From positions 884,563 through 948,562 of the forward strand of contig JAWQFM010000025.1 of assembly GCA_033442325.1 (NCBI GenBank): DNA of 64,000 nt, given 5' to 3'. This DNA comes from Salpingoeca rosetta. Taxonomy: Eukaryota > Protista > Choanoflagellata. The notes under the pieces are model-generated. The model was not told the origin of the DNA. It searched no databases and worked only from the letters and a program-made list of their open reading frames with translations. The position numbers were made by a program, and so were the translations under genes. Of this stretch, positions 12,600 to 25,700 are shown piece after piece (positions within the stretch are counted from its first letter, which is position 1; each line of letters begins with the position of its first letter).

Positions 12600-14662
12600 C
12601 ACACGTGTCAAAACGAACGTGCACACATAAACACACCTTTCTTCACCGCTTTATCCTGGGAGAGGGTGTAGAGCAGGGCTGGGAGGTGCTGGTGGAACGC
12701 AGGTATGACTGCTTGTGCCAGCCACAGCAGCACAGTCTTGTGCAGTTTCAGGTATTCTTTGTTCGTGGACGTGCCGAATGCACTCTTCACCACATTGGTT
12801 ACTTTCGTCCACCACCACTCTTTCGCCTCTTTACCATCCTTGCCCTTGCCCTTGCTCGCCTTCAGTTCCTTCTCCAATATGGCGGCTGGTGGTGGATGCA
12901 CGATGACAAGGGTTGCGGTCTCCACGTGCCACTGTGCCCACATGGGCAGGCCACCGGTGACTGAGTTGACTGTTTCTGGACTTATGAGGCGAACAGGCGT
13001 GGTCTTGGTCAAGTGTTGGGGAAGTGCAGAGTGTGATGACTGCGTATCACCGTGCTGTTGCTGTTGGTGCTGTTGCTGTTGGTGCTGTTGGTGCTGTTGC
13101 TGATAACGCGAGAGAAGGCGCATCGATACACCGGCGCCGTTGTGTGTGTCAGCACCGCAGTACACGGGCGTCAGCGTGCTGGTTGCCGAAGCGGCAACAG
13201 CATCACGGATCGCTGCTGACGCCTGTGCAGCGGAGGTCTTTGCACTCATGTCGCCCTTGGTGTCCGCTTGCAGGTGACCAGTGACAATGGCAACGTGATG
13301 GGCAAAGGGTACCACTTCACGCAAGATACAGCTTGGCACATTGCTGTCAGATGGAGGTCCCGGGCTACTACCATCACCACCATGACCACCATCGTCATCA
13401 TCACCATCACCACCATCACCACCATCATCATCATCATCACCACCACCTCCATCTTCGCCACCATCACCATCATCACGACCAACATCATCACCATCGTCAT
13501 CATCATCATCATCGTCGTCTCCATCGTCACCACCGCCTCCTCCTCCTCCTCCTCCTCCTCCTCCTCCTCCCCCTCCTTGTCCGCTCACAGTGTGGGCGGT
13601 GCTGCTGTCGCTCTTGTCCCCATCACCAACTTGGGCACCTCCATCATTGCTGGGATTGGCCTGCTGGTGCTCGTCTTCCTCTTTCGGCACGTCTCCTTTC
13701 CCGCCATCACCATCACCAACACCGCCAACACCACCATCGCCAGCATCACTGCCAGCACTGCTGCATGGTGCAATATCAGGTTCCTCCTGTTGACCATTAG
13801 CCTGCGCGAGGTTGTGGTCGCTCGCCTGTGCGTCCTCGTCGCTGGCACCGCCCGTCGCGCTGACAGCCGTGTCCTTCGCTTGTTGATGGCCGTTTTCGTT
13901 CTCGTTCGTGGTGCCACCATCTGCGGGGCCAGGCACGTTTGGCACGTCAGAACTGCCAGCGGCACGATCAGGCGCGTCCTCCATTGCCACCGTCGGGGCT
14001 TGGGGGTGACCTTGTGTGTACTCCTGCCGACGTGCGACCTCCGAAGCACTTGCCTCCTTGTCTTCCTGGCTATCTTCATGACGCTGCTGCTTTTCCTTGT
14101 CGGCAGAATCGCCACTTGTTTGCCGATCTTGTGATCTGCCTCTATTTTGCTGTCGCTGTTGCTGCCCTTGCTGCTGTTGCTGTTGCTGCCCTTGCTGCTG
14201 TTGCTGTTGCTGCCCTTGCTGCTGTTGCTGTTGCTGCCCTTGCTGCTGTCGCTGTTGCCGCTGCTTCACGCTACGGCCACCAGTAGCGGCGTTAGCGTAG
14301 CTTCGCTTGCCATCTGTCGTACCTCGTCCGTCCATTCTGGCGCCTTTGTCTGCCCGTTTCTGGGCCCGCGAAGCCTGTGGCTGCGACTGCTTCATTGTCG
14401 TGCTGCTGCTGCTGCTGTTGCTGTCCGCACCTGCGTTGTCCACTGTTTTCTGCTCATCCTGGTGTTGTGGTGGTTGTGGTGGTGGTTGCTGTTGTTGATC
14501 GGCCTGCTCCTGTCGTTCACTGCTGTCTCGGCCTGCCTCTCTCTGCTGCTGCTGCTGAGGCTGCTGCTGAGGCTGCTGCTGTTGTCGTTGCTTTCGCTGC
14601 CCACGCTGGCGGGCACTGGCAGGGCCGCCACCGCTGCGCCCTCTCTTGTTTCTTTTTCCCAT
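1..14662 (-). CDS. RNF213: RNF213/mysterin-like giant multi-AAA+ ATPase; 3' end runs off the window. Exons 14662-12637 and 12421-<1; >4,800 aa in window
   Basis: ATG at 14662 (MGKRNK). GT donor at 12636 and CAG acceptor ending at 12422 are both phase 1 (KK-E-LAANL). The ORF track lists no stop-terminated ORF in this minus frame over 1-12420, and my spot translations are open. Motifs occur in RNF213 order: KGDAQTGKS (7077-7100) ... LLELALFG...W...MTFFIE; LPLILEGETGVGKT (GETGVGKT 5661-5684); TVVFMDETN (VVFMDE 5352-5369); VVGACNP; LYKVLPL; SVRDV; ENVFLMILHIYMGLPLFLVGEPGTSKS (GEPGTSKS 4284-4307); QCSPE; VVLEEVGL; LKVLHALLD; LSNTFLDAAKMNRG; YGLRDLY; ETLYDVIN...CRLVFVDD...PRAFLNRVQK. These match human RNF213 motifs as I recall them. 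Confidence 0.9.
14161..14256 (-). repeat. Coding 24-bp tandem repeat (~4 copies) encoding QQQQQQQG in the RNF213-like N-terminus
   Basis: Unit gctgcccttgctgctgttgctgtt starts at 14161, 14185, 14209 and 14233 (last copy imperfect). Confidence 0.85.
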
Positions 14663-15331
14663 GAGCTGCTCCTGCTGCTTCCACAAGCAACTCTCGACGA
14701 CAACAAACCACTCGCACTGACGGCAGAACAAACAAAGGAAGTGTGTGTGTGTGTGTGTGTGTGCGGTTGTGGTTGTTGTTGTTTGTGTCTGTGTTTGCGG
14801 ATAGTTGTGTGAAGATACACCTAATTACCAGGTATCCTGGGAAGCGGTGGCGATGTCCAACTGCAGATAAATTGGGGTGTCTTTAACAAAAGTTCGTAAG
14901 GGGACAACAACCAGCCGGCTGCTGCTGTCCGCAAACTCGACCACTTTCAGTCAGTCACACCAGGGATCAGTGCGACGGTCGTCGAGTTGTAGTTGTTGTT
15001 GTTCTTCTTCTTCTTCCCTTTCCCCTTCTCTTGTTCACGGTGTCCTGGGCACAGACGTGGTCATTTCCACTCCACACAGCACACCCACCCACGTACCTGC
15101 TGTGCCTTCCAGTCTCCTGAGCGGATCCAAGCACACTTTTTGAGGCAGCAAGCAAGCGCCACTCCACGACGGGTGGCCCGATCTGAGGATCTGTCCTTGT
15201 GTGTGTTCTGTTCTGGCTGGAGCAACACACGTCACGACGACCACACTTGCCTATTGCACTTTCAACACCACCACCACCACCACCACCACCTCGACCACCT
15301 CGACCACCATCAGCCCCACCACCGCTTCACG
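14663..15331. promoter_or_regulatory. Putative bidirectional promoter and 5'UTRs between the two giant AAA+ genes (669 bp)
   Basis: Lies between divergent start codons at 14662 (-) and 15332 (+). No specific promoter element was identified. Confidence 0.55.
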
Positions 15332-15657
15332 ATGGACGAGGCCCAAGTCGAGGAGTTGGTGGGCAACATCAACATATCTGCCGCCATCAACGGCATCCAC
15401 AGGGATGAGGGCGACAGGGAGTTCTGGACGGACCTGTGTTTTGATGAGGAAACCATGCCCCGAAACCTCAACCAGCCCTTTGACGCAGCGGAGAAGAAAG
15501 ACAGCTTCAAGCGAATCCTCAAAGACGGCATCCACCTGTGCCTGCGTGCCTTGTCTGACCTTCCCGTGGACGATCGCAGCCACAATGACGCCGTCTCGAA
15601 ACAACTGATCGACCTTGTCCACAACCTTCCACCTGAGGATGGCAGTGACGACCAACA

Positions 15658-15735
<78 letters not shown>

Positions 15736-16261
15736 AGATCGTGCCCAACGGGTTGCAGAGAGAGTTATGGAGCTGCTGGACAATATGGACGAGAACACGG
15801 AGCTGCTCTTTGACTTTAACGACGAGGATCACGTGTTATGCTTTCTGCAGCACCTGCGGCGTTCATACATGGGCCCTTTCAGCCCTGCTCGCCGTGGTCA
15901 GCACAGACACATTCGCCTGCTGATGCAACACCTTCAATCTGCGTATGACCTCAGCGTCGACGATATGGAAGTTCTCGTGAACACCGCCAACGACCTCGCG
16001 TGGGCCGAGGATGCATCCACCATCTCCCTACCGATCCTGGACGAGCTTGCCCGGAAGATCAACAGAGACAGCGCAGACACCACAACTGACACCAACACCA
16101 ACGCCGGCAACACCAACGACAACGACAACAACACCAACACCCGACCTGCCGAAAGCCTGAGTCAGTTCAAGCATCTCAGCTCCAAGCTGACAAGCCTCAC
16201 CCCGCCCGAGTTCCGGGCATGGGCCCAAGCGTTTTACAACCATCACCAGGAGAACGGTGTG

Positions 16262-16323
<62 letters not shown>

Positions 16324-16550
16324 TGTGTGTGTGCGTGCATATGCGTGTGTGTGTGTGTGTATGTGTGTGTATGTGTGTGTGTGTGTGTGTGCTTGTGTGC
16401 TTGTGGCACGCGAGTCACAAACTTCACTGCGACAACCATCGCCCGTCAACTGGCTGCACTTATATTACGCGCCACTGAATGTGCACACTCCCATCATCCC
16501 ACATTCACACACACACACATCACGCATGCTCACCCCCTCCCCCTCCCAAC

Positions 16551-16637
<87 letters not shown>

Positions 16638-16708
16638 CACACACACACATACACCACGCACTAACTCCCCTTCCCACGCCCCTCCACGCACACACACGCA
16701 CACACACA

Positions 16709-16747
<39 letters not shown>

Positions 16748-19700
16748 ACACACACACACGTACACATACACACGCGCGCGCGCATGCAGATCCCACGGTG
16801 CTGAATCACAAGATCACAAGGGCGCTTCGGCGGTATCCGCTCTTGCGTCACGGATACAAGCACGTGGAGAAGCTTGAGTTCTTCGAAAACGTCACGCAGG
16901 AAGACATGGCCAAGGTGTACAAGTCACCAGCGAAGCGGGTGCTCCTGAGAGACCCGCTCAACTTTGCCCTCGAGTACAACAAGCTTGCAGCCAAGTTCCG
17001 CAAGCACATCAGGCGCGAGGTGGCGAAGCTGCAGAAACTTGAGCGCAACCGCGATTTGTCCACCAGGCCGCTCCACATGTTGCAGCTGCTGGTGGACGAC
17101 TTCACGGTGACAATGGACAACGCCCGCACCGTGCGCGCTGCCAAGATCAAGTGTTTGGTGAAGGGCAGGTACCCCATCATCAGACGCCAGGTGACAAACG
17201 CGAACGGGCTCACGCTGATGCTGACCGGCCTGCCCAACGAGCAGACGTATGTGTTTCTGAACGCAGAGCAGTCGGCGAAGTTCAACAACTACCGCGACGG
17301 CACAAACCCTTCCAACAGCAGCAACAGCGCCGACGCGAGGGACAACAGCACCAATGGCAGCAGCAGCAACAGCAGCAAAACACGCGACGCGTCGGCGCGC
17401 TTTGTTGTGGTCGCACTGCAAAACGAGGATGAGTTCAAGACCCTGCAGACAACCATCCTTCAGACGGAGGTGGGCACGCAGCGCCCATGCAGCTGGCACG
17501 AACTGGTTGAGCAGTTGTCATCCTCGACCTCGCTCAATGGCGGTGGTGTTGATGGAGGCAGACACACCGTGGAGGAGCTCGTGTTTGAGACGACGAACGA
17601 TGACGTGGTGCTCACCTTCAACACGAGGAACAAGGCCATCAACCCTCCCAGCAGCCCTGCCTTCCACATCATCCCTGTGACCAGCGCCACCACTGTTGTG
17701 CACGGCTCCCGCCACGGCCACGACAACCGCAGCCGTAACGATGGTCATGACAGTGATGACGGCGACGGGAATGACAAGGCGAGCAACCGTGGCAGCGGCC
17801 GCCACAGCGGGCGTGGCTATGATGATGATGGCGACGACGACGACGACGAGGAACATGGTGGTACGCTGGCAGCATCTGCTGATGGTGACCGTCACGATTG
17901 GCCCCAGGATGCTGATGCTGACGAGGATGCTGACGATGGTGGTGCTGTGAGCAGCATCCCATGTGTGCCACTCTGTCTGATTGTGAAACGTGAAGGCAAT
18001 GGCAACATCGCGCCCGACACAAGCAACCGCATCTCCCACCTCTCAAACATGTTCCACGGAACGGGACGAGCACAACAACAGCAGCAACAGGCTCACCAGC
18101 AACATGCTCAACAGCAGCGGAGTCTGCAGCTACAAGTTCAGCCACCGCATGCAGAGACACTGCGCGGCGTGGATTTCTCGCTGCCCGTGTTTGAAGGGCT
18201 TCTCACCCACAACAAGAAGGACGACGTGCCTTCCCGCCACAACATCGAGTTGCTCGTGCACCACGTCTCGCCGACACAATGGGCACAGCTCTCCTCCCCA
18301 TCGGCCGGCACCACACCCGCACCCGCTTCCACCACGACCGCTGCCACAACCGCCGCCATCACAACCGCCTCCACCAGCACCAGCACCAGCAACAAAAACA
18401 ACAGCAACAGCAACACGATTCCACGTCTGATGGCCTGCTTTGATGATGCACCGTGCGTGCCGTACACGGGCAGGCGCCAACGGCTCATCATCGACCCGAC
18501 CCGCCTTGCGTCCCCGGCCGAATTCGACGCGTGCGTGGTGTGGCAGGCGTGGTTTTCCGCGGGCTATCCCGCCATGTCGTTTGTGGCGTGCAACACGCAC
18601 CTGCTGTACCTTGCCGATTACGCACGCTACTCGTACTCCATTGACTTGAGCAACGTGTACCACCTCGACTCCAACAACCTCACGGGCGTGCTGAAAGTGA
18701 TCCAGGCGCGGTATGCCGACCGCAGCTGGCGTGGCATTCGCGTAGTAGTGCTGCACCTCCACCGCACCATGGCCCCACACGACATCGCCCGCGTTCTCGA
18801 CATTGTGCACAGCCTGCCCAACCTGATGACACTCATCGGGTATGATCCCATCACCCTGAGCCGCATCAGCGCGCTTGGTCGCGCACACCACCTCCCGCCC
18901 TGCATGCACGAGAGCGAGGACATGCGCGCATACGTGCAGCACCACGTGGCCCCGCACCACGACCGCGTGCTTGTACTCTCCATGGTGCCCAAGAGCGCTA
19001 ACCAGGTTGTTCCGTTCCGCTCCGACTCCCAGCGCGGCTTGGGCAGTCTCTTTGTCCTTGCAGACCAACTCGTCACCTCTCAGCCATCGAGGATGCACCC
19101 GCTCATCGCACGCGACGCCGAAGTGTTGACGCGCCTGGCCAACATTGGTGGTGAAGACAGGCGGGGCGATGACGATGGTGCTGGCGTGTGTCTGCGCTGG
19201 CCGCTGGACACCACGCTCCATGACGTTCTTGTACCACGCACGTTGCACCACAGCAGCAGCAACAGCAGCAACAGCAGCGACCGTCGCCATCCCGTGCATG
19301 CTCAGGAAGCACCCGCGCAGCCAATGTTCGAGGTGGTTGTGGTGGTGGAGGCGGAGTCCAGCGCCGCTGCACGTGCTTGCAAGCAACTGGACGCCCGCAC
19401 GCTCGTGGTGAACTGCCGCACGCAGTTGGACGTGGACGAGTTTCTCAAAGACAACATGCCCTCTGCCGCCACCAGCATTGTGCTGTTTGAGGCAGCGCAC
19501 CTGCTGTCGTGGAAGACGCGCACACGTGTGCTGCGTGTCCTCCGTGACCACGCACTCACTCGCCGTGCGACGTCCGACTTTTCAAGCAGCGACAGCGGCG
19601 TGTCCACGCGCGCAGGGAACCCGGTGTCCTCGCCACAATCGTCGTCATCATCGTCATCATCGCGTCGCAGAAGATCGGGTGCAGGATCGACACGGGCACG

Positions 19701-22700
19701 CGGACGCAACCCCACAACAGCAACAGCGACAGCAGCAGCAGCAGCTGTCACTTCCGGCAATGCTGCATACCAGGCAGACGACGTGTCGCCGCTGACCGTT
19801 GTCATGCAAGAGACAGCACCCGATCCACGGTATTATGTGCTGGACATGGGGCGTGTGCCCATCACCGTGCTGCGGTATGGTGCTGGTAACGTCGGCAACA
19901 TGCCCACGTCGCAGCAGAACAGTGCCGCTGGGCAAGACGATGCCATTCAGCGTACGGTTGCGCACGCATCGTGGCTGTGTGGCCATACGCGCCTTGCCTC
20001 CGTCACCATCACAGATGCAGATGTCGCCAACGCCACGAGCACGCACGACCTCTTGACCTCGCTGCACGAGAACAACGCGGCCCACCAACTCAGGCCAACG
20101 GAGCTCGCCTTCTTGTCCCACATTGCCACCCAGCTGCATGCCCGAGCCACAGCTCCCACCGCTGACTTCGGCGACTCGGTCGAATCCATCGGCGATCCGC
20201 TGCAGCTGCTGTGCGTTGCCATTGCCCGCACTCTGCATGCACGCAACACCACCAGCGCCAGCAACACCAGCAGCAGCAACACGGGCCGAGCCAGGAGCCA
20301 GCATCACAGGCGGTGCCCAAGCGCCCATGTGCTGTCCTTCCAGCAGTTTGTGGAGCATTCATCCCTGGCCACGTTTGCCAGCCAGCGTGCCCGCGTTGCA
20401 TTTTACGTGTGCTACCTGTGGGCACTCGGCAGCGCCCTGATGCGTGCACGCGGGGAAGCGCAGCGCAGGTCCGGTGCAGACAGCAGCGGCGGCAGCGTTG
20501 GTGGTGGTGATCGTGTGACAGCTTCACTGTCCTCGACCAGACCATCTTCGCAGCCCCATCCACTGTTTGCGGATGACGATGATGATGATGACGATGATGA
20601 TGATGCTGATGATGATGACGATGACGATGTTGATGATGAGCCCCATATCAACGGCTTCTCCACCAGAGGACATCACAGGCACACCTACCACGATGGTGCT
20701 GCTGATGATGATGATGATGACAGCAGCCTCACCCGTTCTTCGGCCCCGGCGTCTCCTTCCTCATCGTCGCAAACAGGGTCCTCTTCCCGCGGAACTGAAA
20801 CAACAGCAGCAGCGCTGCTCGCCCCGCTCCTGTCGTCCAGCGAGTGCGTGCACATTCTGAGGACCATTTGTGGTAGCCGGGACGAGGTGGGTGGCGCCAA
20901 GGATACCGCCTTTGCTGTTCGCAACATCATCCGCTCAGATCTGCTCGCCTCCTTTGATGTCGGCTCCGCCGATGGCAGTGCCGTGCGCGCGCAACAGTCG
21001 AGTGGCAGTGCTCTTCCTTCCGCCCGCACCCCAACGTACCTGCTCTCCAAGACGGCGGGCTGGGCAACAACGCGAGAGGGCCTGTACGAGGCTGTTGTGT
21101 CAGACCACCTGCTGGACTGGAACAGGCTTGACGCATCGTGGGCAACGTTCCCCTTTGGCGCCGATCTGCTTGCTGAGATTGTGGTTGCAGGCGTGCACCC
21201 GCTCGCCTATCTCCTCTCCATCATGCCGCAGAGCCTGGCCAGGCTGCTGCAGTCCCGTGTGCTGGAGAAGACGCTGCGCCACAACCAGTTTCCGTCCCGC
21301 CTTTTGGAGCAGCAGCTGAGGGGCGTGGACGAGCTGGTGGACCTTCAGCAGCAGTGCGAGGACATTGGCACCGTCATCTCCACCCCCATGCGCGAGACGG
21401 TCGCCGCCCTGAAGTGGACGCTGGCATCGCACGGGCTGCTCAGCTTGGACGCAGTGCCGTTTACGGCGCAGCACATGACCATGGTCACAGACATCTTTGA
21501 GATTCGCAAGGACACTGCCTTGACCAACAACACCCTGTACATGTGCGCAGCGCTGGACACAGACCTGGCGACCCATCGCGCCATTGAGAAGCGGCTGGTG
21601 AAGATGACTCTCCCAGACATCGCTGACGATGACGAGCTGCTTGTGATTGGCGCTGCGTACGTGCACGCCGTGCTTCGCGAGAGGAAGCGAGGAGACAGCA
21701 GTCACGCTGCCGCATTTGGTGCTCGGGCCAGCGTCACACCTGCGCGGGGGCGCTCCGACAACGTGCCACTACGCCACGCTCTGCCTTACATGGCCAGCAG
21801 CATGAGTAGCTATGCGGTCACGTTCACGCCAGCAGCTATCGGCACACTGCTTGGAGACGTGATTGACCCCACGCGCCACACCACGTCCCTGGATGAAGAA
21901 GCCACACAGGCTGTCGCCTCCACGGGAATCGCAGGCGTGCATGGATCATCACCATCATCAACGTGGCTGACTCTGCCTGCCGTTCTCACCCTGGCCATCG
22001 GGAGCGCCGAGCGAGCAGCCCAAGGCAGCAACAGCAGCAGCACTGACACTCGCAACGTCGACAGGAGCGGCACTGCTGCCGTGGGCGGGTCTACTCCCAA
22101 CAGCTTCTTGCACTTCATTGCAGCGTGCTTGGACGAACTCAAATCCCTGTCATCAAAGCTGTACGCAGCGTGCCTGCTGCGACAGAAGTGCGCACAGAAA
22201 CACCCACACCTGTGTATCACAGAGCTGGCTGAAGCGCTGGTACACAGCGTGTCATCGACGTCATCATCGCCATCCATCGCCATTGTCCGGTTCGTGTGGA
22301 CACCTTCCGATGACAGTGCAAGGAAGGGTGTGATGAGCCTCTTCCAAGAGCAGGGCGAGTGCTGCACAGCATGGCACGCCCCCATGGCAGCAGCGGAAGC
22401 AGCAGCAAGTGCAGGAGAAGCTTCACAGCGTGCTGCTCATGATGATGACGATGATGACGATGATGACGATGATGACGATGATGGCAGTGGTGACGCAGCA
22501 GCTTTGGCGTCACAGACACCTTTGCACAGTGCGTCCGCCCCACCTGTCCTGCACGTGCTGTTGGACGACAAGTCACGCGCTGTGCGTCGCACGAAACAGT
22601 CCTCAGACGTAACGCCGCTGTTTGAAGCCATCGAGTGTCTCTTCCCCAAGAACAAGCAGGGCGCAGAGCAGTGTCTGGCTTTCTTCCAGCGCTGGTGCTG

Positions 22701-25700
22701 CGGCGACCTGCATCCAACGCTGCAGCGCGACACTGTCCTGGCCAGCGTGTTGTGGGCCGTGTTTCCAGGCAATCTCGTCGCTCCCCCACTGTGGCTGGTG
22801 GACGCGCCACGCAGTCAGCGGAATGCCCACATGAAGCTGCTCAACGACGTCATTCTCAAGTGCGCGTGCGAGCGCAGTCCATGCGGTGTTCACGCACTTT
22901 CCCAATTTGGCCTGACAGTGTTCCGCCCCTCCGAGGCCTATCCTTTTTCAAGCGAACACTTTACAGCGTCACTTGCCAACAAGAGCAGCCCTCCACCCAT
23001 CCTGATGCAAGAGACGGAGCTGCTCTTTCACCGCCCCGTTGTCGATAGCGAGCCTGACCTCAACCTCGCGCCGCAACAGCGCCAGCGAATCAGAGAAGCT
23101 TTGCGCGCCGTGGAAAGTTGTACTGATTTTCACGAATTCGTTCAGCAGTTCATTTGTGCTGAGGACGGTGACGAGGATGGTAACATCAAGAGCATGTTGT
23201 CGTTGATTCTCACAGAGGGGCTCACCTTCAACTGCATCGCACATCTCGTCAAGACGGCTTTTGTCATCATCAAGGTGCGTGTGTGTGCGTGTGCGTGTGT
23301 GTGTGTGTATGTGTGTATGTGTGCGTGTGTGTGCGTGTGTGTGTATATATGTGTATGTGCGTGTGCGTGTGTGCTTGTTGTGGGGGGGGGGAGGGCTGGC
23401 CTGCTCGCGCACTTGCTTGTGTGTTTGTCTGGCACTATGGCAGTTGATAGTAATGTAACTGCGTGCTGTCTCTCTTCTCCCAACAACAAACATCATGGTC
23501 TCACCCGCCGACAAATCCTGTTGTGTCTTCTTGTTGCTCGTTCAAGGCCAAATCGATCCTGGAGGACCAGAAGGCAGAGGCGCAGCTGCACACTGAAGAT
23601 GAGGAAGACGAAGGCAGGTCCACGAATGCACAATCCCACGACGCCCTGGAAAACGGGTTGGAGAAGCTAGCAGCACATGAGACGGTGATCAGTATGTTCC
23701 TCACATCGGCCAGACTCAACTTTTCCAGTATTGTTGAAGAGGTGTTTTCGGTTGATGACAGTGTTGATGATGGTGATGATGCTGCAAACCTGAAGGGGCG
23801 TGGCCATGGCAATGGAGACAGTGGAAATGACGAAGAAGAACAAGAACAAGAAGAAGGAGTCGAAGAAGAAGAAGACATGAAAGACGAGGAGGAGGAGGAG
23901 GAGCAAGAGCAGGAGCAGGGTGGAGCAAGTGGTGCGCGTGCTGCCGCTGAAATGGATGCACATATTCGTTCCCAGCTCGAGAGTGCCTCCCTTGACGTCG
24001 GGTACCAGGCTGACACCGACAACCGCGACTGGACACACATTCTCATGCGCGCGTGCGAGCCTGATTCTTTCATCGAGGATGTCACGTGTTCTGCGACACG
24101 TGTGACGAATGGCACGTTGATCGTGGATGCACGTCCCATCTCTCACGATGCCCAAGACCATTTGGAACAGCAACAGCACCAGCAGCAACAGCACCAGCAG
24201 CAACAAGAGCATGCTTCATCCGGTGCGAAGCCGTCAATGGTTCTGTTTGGGCCGAGCTTGCTGAGCTACATGGCAACCATCGACCTGATGTTCCGCTTCG
24301 ACCCACGCTGCATCCCACGCGTGATGCGAGCCCTGCCCTACGACAAGTACAAGAACGCCGACAGCAGGATTGCAGCAGTGATGCTCGAGGTGAAGAAACA
24401 CTACAAGGACACCGTGGTGCAAGTGTATCAGCTGATGTCCTCGCTGGACCAAGCGACAGCAGCGCAAGGGGAAACCCCACAACAGGAGCTTGGAGTTGAC
24501 TGCCTTCGAGAGCTGTTGAGCGCGTATGGTCAGGATGCCTGTGAAGGCATGGGGCACTTCATGGTGATTGCATCTACAGCACCCCGCCATGCGTACATGG
24601 CGGTGTTTCCACGAGTGTCTCAGCGTCTCAGTCCGCCGCCACGCGACGCTTTCAAGTCTGCCCGCGATTGCACAATGGCTCTCCGTGTACCGCTGGGTTA
24701 CGAGCGACGCTATCGCATGTGCGCGCTGAGTGTTTCGGACGCCGGCACCACACATTCCCATGCCCATGCCCGTTTCGGTGACGATGTCGCAATGATGGTC
24801 AGCTCCAAGGCGTCTCGGGTGCAACTGTTCAGCAGCACGAGCAGCAGCGTGCCGCCACCGCCACGCCAGGTGGCCACGTCCGCAGCTGCGCTTGGCGGGA
24901 GCCCGAACGATGCATCCAAAGCACTGGCAGCGCTGCAATCCGCGTGTGTGTTGGATGTGCGTGAGCTCATCTGCGTTGAGCCTGATCCAGCAACGGTGCT
25001 GAACACGACGCCCGACGACCACCAAGGCGACGACTCTGAGCCCTACTTTGAGGTCAAGTGTCTGCCGGGACAGCAGTGCGTGTTGGTGAAGGATTACGCG
25101 CACGTCCTGGACAGATCGGGTAACAACAACAGGGGCGCTGGCAACGTGAACTATGCACTCAAACGTGCCTTCCCCACAGACTTTCTTCGTGTCGTGGCTG
25201 ACATGAGCGCTCTGGGCGAGAACGTGGAAGTGCTGGCGGCATTTGACACCTTCCACGATGCCTGGCTCTTCCTGGACACGCACCTCGGCTCCAAGGCCCT
25301 CGCTGTTGGGCAGAACTGTGTGCTGTACCGCACCGACATGTACAGCTGGGATGTGTCCCTCCCCGCCAGTGAGACGGGCGCAGGCAGCGGTGCTCCAATG
25401 CCTGCAGGCAACACCAGCAACGACAATCCCTTCAACGCCAATTTTTTGATGGCCTTGCACGCAGAGCTGGGTGGCTCCTTCTTGCCATCTTCTGTTGCAA
25501 CCCTCTTTGAGAAGCTGTTGCGCGCGGGCGATGAAGAGGTTGCAACAATGGTCAGCTCCGCACTCAACGCATACGCGAATGGAGAGATGGTCACCTTCAA
25601 GGGCGTGTGCGACAGTGCACTGATCGACCCCACAACACCGCACGTCGTGGAGGTGTGGAACGCCATGCTGAGCTGCCTCGGCACCCACCACCGCGCCATC

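Noticed and set aside
14993-23670. ORFs 14993-16804, 16219-23670 and 23463-29234 as three separate genes
   Set aside because: Their ends run into microsatellite introns, and phase-matched GT-AG sites join them into one gene.
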